Assembly (NCBI GenBank): GCA_964406355.1
Contig: CAYORO010000002.1
Coordinates: forward strand, 4,266-68,265
Source: an uncultured Limibaculum sp.
GTDB lineage: Bacteria; Pseudomonadota; Alphaproteobacteria; Rhodobacterales; Rhodobacteraceae
Length of the DNA stretch: 64,000 nt
Direction of reading: 5' to 3'
Shown here piece by piece: positions 50,133 to 59,635 of the stretch (position 1 is the stretch's first letter; each line of letters begins with the position of its first letter). A program made the position numbers and the translations under genes. The notes under the pieces are model-generated. The model worked only from the letters and a program-made list of their open reading frames with translations, ran no database searches and was not told the DNA's origin.

Positions 50133-50362
50133 TTGGCTCTCCTGTCAGTGTGTGGTCGCGGAGGGACGGTGGGTTGGTGGCGTCTGACGGGGCGCCCCGC
50201 AGCAGAGCCGAAGACCACCGCATAGGTGTTCCAGATCTCGCCCTGGCACTCCGGGCCCGAACACCAGAGCCGCATATGGGCGACGGCGAGCCGCTCGAGC
50301 GCATCGAGATCCTCCAACAGACCGACCGGCGCTCCGCCGCGCTTGGCATCCAGATCGGTCAT
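50129..50362 (-). pseudogene. Apparently shortened copy of a conserved hemP-linked hypothetical protein
   Basis: RGGAPVG..LRLWC.G..Q..W N-terminus as recalled for ~150-aa Roseobacter homologues; only 77 aa here; ATGA overlaps at both ends. Confidence 0.45.
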
Positions 50363-50529
50363 TTCGTCAGGATCAGCTTGCCCTGGCGGGTGATCCGAAG
50401 GGTGTAGGTTTGATCATCGAGCACGATCAGCGCCGTGTCGCCGCCCTGTGTGAGCTCGCGGGCGTTGTGCGAGGGCGGCGCGTTGAAGCGATCCGACACC
50501 TCGCGGATGCGATCATCCACCAACCGCAT
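50359..50529 (-). CDS. hemP: Hemin uptake protein
   Basis: YTLRITRQGKLILTK signature. Confidence 0.9.
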   Translation of the reverse strand: MRLVDDRIREVSDRFNAPPSHNARELTQGGDTALIVLDDQTYTLRITRQGKLILTK

Positions 50530-50693
50530 CACCGAGCGTCCTCGATCCGATCGAGCAGCAGCTCGAGCTGTGCTTCGCTCGGCAGGTGAGCCGGGTCGGG
50601 CGTGCTCGCCGCCATCTGCTCGAGAAGCTTGAGGGCGGCTGTGGCATCCGTCCGGGTGACGCGGTGCGAATCGGTGTGGTCGGGACAATCCAT
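50529..50693 (-). CDS. Small hypothetical protein (54 aa)
   Basis: GGAGAAGGA RBS; TGA overlaps hemP ATG. Confidence 0.5.
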   Translation of the reverse strand: MDCPDHTDSHRVTRTDATAALKLLEQMAASTPDPAHLPSEAQLELLLDRIEDAR

Positions 50694-50790
50694 GATTCGT
50701 GTCCTTCTCCATGGGGCTGCACCGGGCTTCCCTGGAGATCGAACAGGGTGGCTTGGTGCATTTATGCTGACCGAAGCCGGTGGGATTGTC

Positions 50791-50815
50791 AATTCCGACA
50801 GTTTTTGTAGGAATT
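50791..50815. promoter_or_regulatory. Iron-Rhodo-box-like palindrome upstream of hemP operon
   Basis: AATTCCGACA-N5-TGTAGGAATT; core CCGAC-N7-GTAGG. Confidence 0.55.
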
Positions 50816-51229
50816 CTAAACTACGGCCTCAGCGGCAAAAATGCGGCCAGGCCCGGCCACGGCCGAGCGACTCGACAATGCCCGGCGACGCCCGTCGCTC
50901 CGCGCGTAGGGCGATCGGCCGGCCGGCATCTCCGCGCGGATGCGGTCTCTGGTGCGCGCTAGCTATCGCGGCGTAAAGTGAACCTCGACGGCGAATTCGA
51001 CCCGGGCCGCACCGATCTTGTCCGGAATTGGCGGCAGCCGCCCGACCCGCTCGCGCGCCACCAGACTGTCCTCATCCAGGAGCAGGTGCCCGGTGCTCTT
51101 CTGCACGCGGATCGGTGCTGAGCTTGGTGCCTGATCCCGGACCAGGGCGCTTTTGGTCCATGCCGCGGGCGCCATCACCCGGTCGATCCTTGCTTGGGCT
51201 GGCGTTCGGTCCCCGATGCGGGCGCCCGG

Positions 51230-51664
51230 CACAGCGAACGGATCGCGTGCCTGCCTGCCTGGGCGGCGGCGACGTCGCGAAGCCTGGAGCTTGACCTTCA
51301 TGGTTTCGCCGCCCGCTGAGCGAAAAAAGCCGAGGCCTTGCGCAGAACCTACACCGCCTCCTTCAGCCGTTCGCTGTCGGCGAAGATGCGCCAGCCCGGC
51401 CGCCGCGGCCATTTGAACCGCAATCGCCGCCGTCGAACCCGCAGCGTCAAACTCGAGCCACCAGGCTTTCAGGTCTTCAGCTGCGTCGGCGTCACACCCG
51501 GCTCCGATGCCACGCTGGCATAAGACGCTCCCGGCTCTGCCGGTCGCCCAACCGCCTGCTCCTTGTGCTCGGACGTGAACCGTAACCTCACTCGGTTCGT
51601 CACTCTCGTCCCTCCCGGTCGGTTTGCACTCGACCGCCTGGTCCCAGATCAGGGACCAAGATCA
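51230..51664 (-). mobile_element. Degenerate IS3-family remnant (left end + broken orfA)
   Basis: End TGATCTTGGTCCCTGATCTGGGACCA; RFTSEHKEQAV..GVTPTQL and LRKASAFFAQ with stops and frameshifts. Confidence 0.7.
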
Positions 51665-51770
51665 CACCGCGGTGGAGGCCGACCCGTCAATAGATCAATG
51701 GGACAATGCTTGGTAACAAAGAAAAAAGCTTGGAGTTTACTCATAACACAAGTGCTATGCGGACATTCAA

Positions 51771-51923
51771 TGGCGGAAGGATGTCTGCCATGAAGCAATC
51801 TCAGGCGCTCTCAGTTTCATTCAGAAATAGCGCAAATGCAGTGCTTTAGCTGGCGCGGATACCTCAGCAGCTTGCAATCCGTCTCACCGTATCGCATGCT
51901 TGTGTGTGGGAAGATGTGTGGGA
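51771..51923. other. Putative att region of integrative element
   Basis: TGGCGGA-N6-TCTGCCA inverted core (51771-51790); direct repeats TGTGTGGGA at 51903 and 51915. Confidence 0.4.
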
Positions 51924-51931
51924 TGGTCTGC

Positions 51932-53098
51932 ATGCCGAAACTGACTGCGAAGACCGTGTCGGGCAACCTCGCGCCGGGCATGCACAACGACGGCGGCGGG
52001 CTCTATCTGCACGTCTCCGCGACGGGGGCGAAGAGCTGGATCCTGCGCACCCGCGTGCATGGCAAGCGCACGGATATCGGCCTCGGCAGCGCAAGCCTCG
52101 TGCCGCTCGCCAAGGCCCGCACCCGCGCGGTCGAGCTGCGGGCCATCGCCCGCGCCGGCGGCGACCCGCTCGCCGAGAAGCGCAAGGCCGCCGGCACGCC
52201 GAGCTTCGAGGAGGCGGCGCGGCAGGTCTGGGAGGAGCAGATCGCCCCAGCCGCGCGCAACGAGAAGCACAAGGCGCAGTGGCTGAACACGCTTCGCGAC
52301 TATGCCTTCCCGCGGATCGGCGCGCGCAAGGTCGACGCCGTGCAGTCCGCCGACATCCTGGCCGTGCTGCAACCGATCTGGCTCGAGAAGCCCGAAACCG
52401 CCCGACGGGTGCGCCAGCGCCTGCGCACGGTCTTCGACTGGGCGATCGCCGCGCAGCACCGGGCCGACGCAAACCCGCTCGTCGGCATCGAGAAGGCGCT
52501 CCCGCGCCAGTCCGACCGCGCGCGCCACCACGGCGCGCTCCCCCACGCCGAGCTGCCCGCGCTCATGGAGCGGCTCGAGGCCGCCGGCGGTGTCGGTGCG
52601 ATGGCGCTCCGCTTCTGCATTCTCACGGCGGCGCGCTCGGGCGAGGTCAGGGACGCGACATGGGAGGAGATCGACCTCCACCGTGCGGTCTGGACCGTGC
52701 CGGCCGAGCGCATGAAGGGCGCGCGCGAGCACCGCGTGCCGCTCTCGGCCGCTGCGATGGCCGTGCTCGAGGAGGCGCGAGGATTGGACGGGTCTCTGGT
52801 TTTCCCGGGGAGCCGGCCGGGTCGGCCGATGTCCGACATGACTCTCGCGGCGGTGCTCAAGCGCCTGGGTGTGACCGCGACCGTGCACGGCTTTCGCTCC
52901 ACGTTCCGCGACTGGGCGTGGGAGAGGACGAGCGTGCCCCGCGAGATCGCCGAACTCTGCCTCGCGCACCAGGTGGGCAGCGCCGTCGAGCGCGCCTATG
53001 CCCGCTCCGACCTCTTCGACAAGCGCCGGGACCTCCTCGACCGCTGGGCGCAGTTCGCGGCCGGGGGCAGCGGCACCGTGGTGGAGCTCCGCGCATGA
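51932..53098 (+). CDS. P4-type tyrosine integrase with arm-binding domain
   Basis: DGGGLYL N-terminus; R (TAARSGE), MK, HGFR, LAH, RAY catalytic residues intact. Confidence 0.95.
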   Translation: MPKLTAKTVSGNLAPGMHNDGGGLYLHVSATGAKSWILRTRVHGKRTDIGLGSASLVPLAKARTRAVELRAIARAGGDPLAEKRKAAGTPSFEEAARQVWEEQIAPAARNEKHKAQWLNTLRDYAFPRIGARKVDAVQSADILAVLQPIWLEKPETARRVRQRLRTVFDWAIAAQHRADANPLVGIEKALPRQSDRARHHGALPHAELPALMERLEAAGGVGAMALRFCILTAARSGEVRDATWEEIDLHRAVWTVPAERMKGAREHRVPLSAAAMAVLEEARGLDGSLVFPGSRPGRPMSDMTLAAVLKRLGVTATVHGFRSTFRDWAWERTSVPREIAELCLAHQVGSAVERAYARSDLFDKRRDLLDRWAQFAAGGSGTVVELRA

Positions 53099-53859
53099 CT
53101 GATCGGGACGGGAAAACAGAAAACTCAGATGTGTCGATCACTGAAACGGTGATTGGTGAAAATGAAATGTATCGCGTTTCGCGTCAAATGCAGTCTTTAC
53201 ACTGGGCAAGCGCATCTCCGGAGGAGTTCACAGCATTCGAGCAGGCTGCGCGGGACGAGCTAGATGCGCTTCCGTTTGAAGGTTGACTGTGCAGAGATAC
53301 TTCAATTATTGAAGTACGACTAAAATCACTCGGTTTCCTGCCGCCCCGGGGGTGATATTCTGTAGAAGGTGATACCTGGAACCCGCTTGGCTATGAATTT
53401 TGTAAGAAGGTTTTCGAGAATCATGGCCGCTTCTTCGAGTGTCTCGACCCAAAGGCCGGTATTCGTATAGAAATAGGGGAAAACTACATAAAGAGACGCG
53501 CGGAAGCTTTGTCTGAACCATGGTGGCTTGGTCGGATTGACGAGGCCATGTATGCAATCCTCGATGAGAGCGATGTCGACCGATGTCTCACGCTTGCGAT
53601 GCGTCTTGGCGAAGAGCGTCGGCGCTGGTTCTCTCAGTATAATTACCTTGCAGCGCTAAAGGCTTTCTCGCGCCAAAAAAGAGGGGTGGATGAACGCAAC
53701 GTTGCTCGGCAGCAGGCAGCGGAGAACTGGCAACGCCGAGCAGCTGTTCTCGCGACAACGGACTGGGAGCTCAATCCAAATGCGCCGGCTACTCAAGTGG
53801 CGGGGCGGGTTCACCGAGCAATGGTGAGCGCTGCCGAGGAGGCTCGCGACGAGATTGAG
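53095..53859 (+). pseudogene. Low-GC hypothetical gene with two in-frame TGA, truncated by MITE
   Basis: ATGA overlap with integrase; one frame open except TGA at 53284 and 53353. Confidence 0.6.
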
Positions 53860-54048
53860 TGTGAAGCAGCGTCCAACAGTGACCCCCCATCTCGCAGAGC
53901 GTAAGTGCCTGCAATTATTGCAGTATCCGTGCTTGGAAGGGGGTCACGATCGGCGCCGATCGTGACCCCACCCAGAAGGAGAATTGATACGCCGAATCAA
54001 TGACTTAAGCGCTATCCGGCGGAGGTCACTGTTGGACGCCGAGTCACA
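53860..54048. mobile_element. 189-bp IS21-derived MITE
   Basis: 25-bp TIRs, 22/25 identical, TG...CA ends; central perfect 30-bp palindrome at 53940-53969. Confidence 0.8.
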
Positions 54049-55131
54049 CCTACGCCAATCATGCCCGCCCCGATACGAGCGATGCGTTGCGGACCCGCAT
54101 GGCCGAGTGGGAGGTCCACGCCCAGAATCCAGTCGATCACCCGGGCTTCGGGCTCTCAACCTACAACCGGCACTCCGAGGGGTCAGGTGTCGCGATCTCC
54201 TCGCCGCGGCGGCCAGTGCTGACGCTAAGGCCGGACTTCCTCACACTGCATGACCCGAGAGGCTCGGGGCTGCGCCACCTCGGCGCCGACACCCATCTGC
54301 TCGCCTGGCTCGATGCGAAGGGCATCGCCTGCGACCTCGTCTCGGATCATGACCTGCATGCCGAGGGTGCGGCGCTCATCGCGGGCTACGACGCGGTGCT
54401 GACCGGCACCCATCCGGAGTACCATACGAGCGAGACGCTCGACGCGATCAGGGGCTATCGCGACGGTGGCGGGCGGCTCGGCTATCTGGGCGGCAACGGC
54501 TTCTACTGGCGCATCGCGCTCCAGGACGAGGCGCCCCATGCGATCGAGGTGCGCCGGGCCGAGGGCGGCATCCGCACCTGGGAGGCGCGACCGGGTGAGT
54601 ATTGGCACGCCTTCGACGGGTGCTATGGTGGGCTTTGGCGGCGAAACGCCCGCCCGCCGCAGGCGCTCGTGGGTGTCGGCTTCTCGGCGCAGGGGCTCTT
54701 CGAGGGGTCAGCTTATCGGCGGACCGAAGCTTCGCACGATCCACGATATGCTTGGCTCTTCGATGGCATCGAGGGCGAGGTTCTTGGAGATCACGGCCTG
54801 AGCGGCGGCGGCGCGGCGGGTTTCGAGCTCGACCGAGCCGATGAGACCTTGGGCACCGTGCCGGATGCCGTGGTGCTCGCCCGCTCGTTCGGCCACGCCG
54901 AGCATTTCACGCCAGTCTACGAGGACCTGCTCAATCACGTCGCCACGACAGTTCGGCACCGCTCCTGAAGACTTGATCCGCGCCGATATGCTCTATTGGG
55001 AGACACCCTCGGACGGCGCAGTGTTCGCAACCGGATCGATCACCTTTTGTGAGTCGTTTCCGATGGACGAGTTCGACAACGATATCTCGCGGCTCCTCGA
55101 CAATCTGCTCTCGCGCTGGCTGGGTGGCTGA
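54049..55131 (+). pseudogene. N,N-dimethylformamidase large-subunit-like fragment, 5'-truncated and frameshifted
   Basis: YANH, STYNRH..GSG, HPEY, GGNGFYW, IRADM..GAVF motifs; frameshift near 54950. Confidence 0.8.
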
Positions 55132-55149
55132 GACTGTGGAGCCGCCCGC

Positions 55150-55500
55150 TCAGCCGTCCGGCTGCGCTAGCCGCACCAAGACGCGCCCGTCCTCCACTCT
55201 CGTCTCGAACACCTCGATGGGCTCCGTGGCCGGCGCGCCCACCGCCTTGCCCGTTTTGGCGCAGAAGCGGCCTTGGTGGAGCGGGCACTCGATCACGCCG
55301 TCGATGACCATCCCGTCTGTCAGGGGCTCGCGCTCATGCGTGCAGTACCCGTCCGTGGCGAACACCGTGCCGCCGGAGAGGCAGACGGCGACAAGCCGGC
55401 CGCCAGCCTCCACAGTCTCGATGAACTCCTCCTCGAGCTGATCGACGGCGATCGCATCGTGCCAGCCCAGTGCACCCCTCCTCTCGGCCATTGCGCTCAC
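55150..55500 (-). CDS. Rieske ferredoxin (MocE-like)
   Basis: CTHE..CPLHQGRF. Confidence 0.9.
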   Translation of the reverse strand: MSAMAERRGALGWHDAIAVDQLEEEFIETVEAGGRLVAVCLSGGTVFATDGYCTHEREPLTDGMVIDGVIECPLHQGRFCAKTGKAVGAPATEPIEVFETRVEDGRVLVRLAQPDG

Positions 55501-56498
55501 TCCGCCGCGACCGGGCCGCTCTGACCGCGCTCACCTTTCCAGGTTACGCCCTCGTGGCGCGAGATCTTCGAGAGCACCTCGGTGTGCACCGCCGGATAGC
55601 TCTTGCCGACCGGATGCAGCCTGTCGCCCACCTCGTCATGCAGCCGCCCGAGCGCATGGTAGGGCACCATCGGACAGATATGGTGCTCGGCATGGTAGGA
55701 CATGTTCCAGTGCAGGAAATGCACGAGCCGCGTGGTGCGCGTGGTGCGGGTGTTGCTGCGCAGATCGCCCCCTTCCTCGCACTCTGCGTGCTCCGCGATC
55801 CGGAAGAAGCGCATCAGCGGCTCGCCGATCAGACGCGGCAGGATCCAAAGCCAGAGCGGCAGCAGGCTGCCCGTCGCGATCGCAGCGGCGGCGATGGCGC
55901 CATAGATCGCGAGGATCACGCGCCCCTCGAAGACAACCTTCGCCACCTCGCTCTCTGGCAAGAAGCGGCGATGTTCGGGCCGAATATGGCCGAGGGGGTG
56001 GCAGAAGAGCCAGATCAGCCCACGTTTCCAAAACACATAGCCGCTCAGATAGACGAAATAGTCCCACACCGTCATCCGTTCTGGCATCATATCCGGATCG
56101 TAGCCGCGGATCTGGGTGTAGGTGTGGTGCGTCGCGTGCTCGTAGCGAAAGATCGTCGGCGGCACGATGTAGACGAGGCAGACGATCCAATAGACGGTCT
56201 CGTTCAGCCAGCGAGACCGAAAGGGCGTGCCGTGGCTGCACTCATGCACCGGCGCGAAGAGAAAGGCCATCACCACCGCGTGCGCGAGGATTGCAGGCAC
56301 CACCCAGAGCGTGCCGAGCGCGAGATAGGTCAGCGTGCCCGTAAGCACGATCAGCCCCATATGCCCGAAGAAGTGCAAGAGCGCAGTGCGATCGGAGCGC
56401 TTGGTGTAGGTTTTCAGCGTCTTGCGGTCGATCACGAGATCGCGGCCGAAGGCGCGCTCGGTCTGCTCCTGCATCGTGTCCGTCATCATATCCGCCAT
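55497..56498 (-). CDS. Membrane di-iron desaturase/oxygenase (MocD-like)
   Basis: HECSH, HATHH, AEH, YHAEHH His boxes; coupled to Rieske ferredoxin. Confidence 0.85.
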   Translation of the reverse strand: MADMMTDTMQEQTERAFGRDLVIDRKTLKTYTKRSDRTALLHFFGHMGLIVLTGTLTYLALGTLWVVPAILAHAVVMAFLFAPVHECSHGTPFRSRWLNETVYWIVCLVYIVPPTIFRYEHATHHTYTQIRGYDPDMMPERMTVWDYFVYLSGYVFWKRGLIWLFCHPLGHIRPEHRRFLPESEVAKVVFEGRVILAIYGAIAAAAIATGSLLPLWLWILPRLIGEPLMRFFRIAEHAECEEGGDLRSNTRTTRTTRLVHFLHWNMSYHAEHHICPMVPYHALGRLHDEVGDRLHPVGKSYPAVHTEVLSKISRHEGVTWKGERGQSGPVAAE

Positions 56499-56734
56499 TC
56501 TCGGATCCTTTCGATGTCTCGTCCTGCAGAGCGCCCGCGCAGTTTTCTCGGTGACCCGGGGCGCAAGCCATCAGTTTTTCTATTCTTGCGGTGAGCCCAA
56601 CGACCCGCATATAGAGCACCTGATCCTAGAGGTGTCGGTCGGCCAAGTGGTCTTTTTCAGCCAAACACACCATCTCGTCCAGTGGCCGATCAAGCGACTT
56701 GTTTCCACGATATATGAGCCAATCTAATGGGGCG

Positions 56735-57526
56735 TCACATCTGTTCGATGCGCTCAAGGAAGGCGTCTCGGTCGCGCTCCGGCATGTCGACAAGCTGTGC
56801 CTGCGCCGGAAAACCGCCGGAGCCGACATCGGCGCGGAACTCCCTGAAGGCGGCGATGCGCTCCTCCTGCAGGCGGCGGTGCTCGGCGGCGAAGTCGCGG
56901 TAGGCTTTCGCGTGACGCGGCAGGCGATCGACACCGCTGCCAAGCACGTCGCGGGCATAGAGGCACTGCACGTCGCAGCCGTTCCCGGCGCCGAGCGACA
57001 TGGTGACGAGCGTCGTGCGGCGGGTGATTTCCGTGGCAACGGCCGCCGGCACCACCTCTATCTCAATCCCCGCGGCGCCAGCGTCCTCGTAGGCTCTCGC
57101 CTGGCGGAAGAGCTCGATGGCCTGATCGGCGGTGCGGCCGACGGCACGGTAGCCGCCGGTCCAGGTCCGCCATGGCGGCACGAGGCCGATATGGCCGATC
57201 ACCGGGATGCCTTCGCGCGCCAGCTCGGCGACCATCGCCATGCTCGCCGCGGTGTAGATCGTCTCGGCGCCGTCCTCGATCGCGTCGAACGCCGCGCGCA
57301 GCGCCTCGGCCGCCGTGACATGGCGGCCATAGGGCAGGCCGAAGCGAAAGTGGAGCGAGGGCGCTGCCCCCGGCAGGTGGCGGCTCTTAGGGCCATAGGC
57401 GGTGCCGATCATCTCGATCCCGGCGGCTTCCGCCGCAGTGGCGTCCTCGGCGCTGTCGATCCTGAGAAAGGTGAGTTGCGTCCCGCCTTTGCGCTCGCGC
57501 AGGTCCTTGATTGTAAGCCCGGCCAT
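56735..57526 (-). CDS. Divergent PanB (ketopantoate hydroxymethyltransferase)-fold protein
   Basis: GHIGL, GRT, EDAGA..IEVVP, LGAG..D, GGFP retained; GDS/DMPF/KLEG motifs absent. Confidence 0.75.
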   Translation of the reverse strand: MAGLTIKDLRERKGGTQLTFLRIDSAEDATAAEAAGIEMIGTAYGPKSRHLPGAAPSLHFRFGLPYGRHVTAAEALRAAFDAIEDGAETIYTAASMAMVAELAREGIPVIGHIGLVPPWRTWTGGYRAVGRTADQAIELFRQARAYEDAGAAGIEIEVVPAAVATEITRRTTLVTMSLGAGNGCDVQCLYARDVLGSGVDRLPRHAKAYRDFAAEHRRLQEERIAAFREFRADVGSGGFPAQAQLVDMPERDRDAFLERIEQM

Positions 57527-57548
57527 CGGCTCCCTCTCCAGATCACGT

Positions 57549-58313
57549 TCATTTCGCAGTGAACCCGCCATCGACGAACAGCATCTGTCCGGTGACGTAA
57601 TCGGATGCCGGCGCGGCGAGGAACAGCCCAGGCCCGGTGATGTCCTCGACCTCGCCGTTGCGGCCGACCGCGGTCCTTCGCGCGTTCGCCTCCATCAGGG
57701 CCGGGTCGCCGTAGAGATCGGCGGTCATCTCGGTCCGGAAATACCCAGGCGCGATCGCGTTGCAGCAAATGCCGTGGCACGACCATGCCTCCGCCATCGC
57801 GCGTGTGAGCTGCGCGAGCCCACCCTTGCTCGCTCCATATGGGATGCTGTCGGGCATCGCACGCACCGCTTGAACCGAGGCGATGTTGATCACCCGCCCC
57901 CAGCCCCGGTCGCGCATCGCCGGGACCAGCGCCTGTGCCAGGAAGAACGGCGCCGAGAGGTTGAGCCCTATGGTGGCGGACCAGCTCTCCGGCGTGATCG
58001 CGTCCCATGGCTGGCGATAGTTGAGTGCGGCAGCATTGACGAGGATGTCCGGCGGGCCGAACGGCTCTGCCGCTGCGCGGGCGATGTCCGCGAGACCGGC
58101 CGAAGCGCCAAGATCCGCCGCGAGCGCCGCGGCACGGCCCCCGGACGCCTCGATCTCGGCCACCGTGCTGGCTAGGCGATCCGCCCGTCGCGCAAGGATG
58201 ACCACGCCGGCGCCGGCGCTAGCAAGCGCGACGGCGAGCGCGCGGCCGATGCCCGAGCTCGCCCCGGTGACGAGCGCCACGCGGCCCGAGAGGTCGAAGA
58301 GATCGCGCGCCAT
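57549..58313 (-). CDS. SDR oxidoreductase, HpsO/gluconate 5-dehydrogenase-like
   Basis: TGASSGIG, YGASK, LTRAMAEAWS, VDGGFTAK. Confidence 0.85.
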   Translation of the reverse strand: MARDLFDLSGRVALVTGASSGIGRALAVALASAGAGVVILARRADRLASTVAEIEASGGRAAALAADLGASAGLADIARAAAEPFGPPDILVNAAALNYRQPWDAITPESWSATIGLNLSAPFFLAQALVPAMRDRGWGRVINIASVQAVRAMPDSIPYGASKGGLAQLTRAMAEAWSCHGICCNAIAPGYFRTEMTADLYGDPALMEANARRTAVGRNGEVEDITGPGLFLAAPASDYVTGQMLFVDGGFTAK

Positions 58314-59623
58314 CACCGCACCGCCCAGAGAGAGAGCTGCGGCACGAAGGCCAGGATCAGCGTGGTGGCCAGCATCGCCAGCACGTAGGGCACCGCCTGC
58401 CATGCGACCGGCAGCACCGGCGCCCGCGTGAGGCTCGAGACAACAAAGAGGTTGAGCCCGAGCGGCGGCGTGATGAAGCCGACCCCGAGAGCGGTGACCA
58501 TGACGATGGAGAAATGGATCTCGTCCATCCCGATCTCCTGGCTGAGAGGATAGAGGATCGGAGCCAGCACCACGATGTTCGGCGCCGCCTCCATCACGCA
58601 GCCGGCGAGGATGAGAATGCCGATCATCATCAGGATAATGAGCGTCGGATCTTCGGTCAGCGACGTGACGAAGGCGACGAACCCCTGCGGCACCTGAAGC
58701 GCGGCCAGCGTCTGGGCGAGCGGCAGCGACATGGCAATGATCGGCAGGATCATGCCCACCACTTTGGCCGAGCTCTCGAGCATGCTCGGGAAATCGGCGA
58801 TGGTGAGCGTGCCGATCGAGAGGCCGATGAGGATCGTGGTCACGACCGCGACGGCGGCGGCCTCGGTCGGCGTGAAGATGCCGGTATAGATGCCGCCGAG
58901 GATCACGACCGGGACGAGCAGCGCGTAGCGCCCGTCCCAAATGGCCCGACCGATGCGGCCGAGCGAGAACGCGGCCTCCCGGTTCTCGTAGGCGCGCATT
59001 CGGTTGATCGCGACATTGGTCAGCATGATCGAGACCATGATCATCACGCCCGGCACCGCGGCCGCGATGAAGAGTGTCGAGGACGAGATCCCGAGGATCA
59101 GGCCGATGATGATATAGGCGATGGAGGGCGGGATCAGGATGCCCGTGCAAGCGCCCGAGGCGACCAGGGCGCACGCGTAGTTGCGCGGGTATCCCTGCTC
59201 GACTAGGCGGTCGATTGTCATCCGGCCGATGGCCGCAGCCCCCGCCGCGTCCGAGCCCGAGATGCAGGAGAAGAAGCCGCAACAGAGCACCGTCGCGGTG
59301 CCGAAGCCGCTCCGCATCGTGCCGGTGAGCGCATCGGCGATGTCAAGCAGCTTCGACGACAGCCCGCTGCGCACCAGCACGTCGCCCGTGAGCACGAAGA
59401 GTGGCACCGCGATGAGTGCGAAGCTATCGATCCCGTCGAAGAGCGATTCACCCAGCAGTGAAAGCGGCACGACCTCGGTGGTCAGCAGCAGCGCGAGCGC
59501 GCCAAGGCCGAGCACCACCCAGACGCGCACGCCGAGCAGGAGCAGCACCGCCATCGCGATGAGCGGCAGGTAGAACGCCCAGCCGAGTTCGGCCGCGCCC
59601 GCTTGTTCAAACTGCAGATAAAT
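58313..59623 (-). CDS. TRAP large permease (HpsM-like), probable ATT start
   Basis: ELGW.FYLP N-terminus, ISGSDAAG, IPPS, FTPTEA, TPPLGLNL. Confidence 0.85.
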   Translation of the reverse strand: MYLQFEQAGAAELGWAFYLPLIAMAVLLLLGVRVWVVLGLGALALLLTTEVVPLSLLGESLFDGIDSFALIAVPLFVLTGDVLVRSGLSSKLLDIADALTGTMRSGFGTATVLCCGFFSCISGSDAAGAAAIGRMTIDRLVEQGYPRNYACALVASGACTGILIPPSIAYIIIGLILGISSSTLFIAAAVPGVMIMVSIMLTNVAINRMRAYENREAAFSLGRIGRAIWDGRYALLVPVVILGGIYTGIFTPTEAAAVAVVTTILIGLSIGTLTIADFPSMLESSAKVVGMILPIIAMSLPLAQTLAALQVPQGFVAFVTSLTEDPTLIILMMIGILILAGCVMEAAPNIVVLAPILYPLSQEIGMDEIHFSIVMVTALGVGFITPPLGLNLFVVSSLTRAPVLPVAWQAVPYVLAMLATTLILAFVPQLSLWAVR

Positions 59624-59635
59624 GGCTTAGCTCCC

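Noticed and set aside
56735-57526. Pantothenate biosynthesis panB
   Set aside because: Key metal ligands missing and no panC
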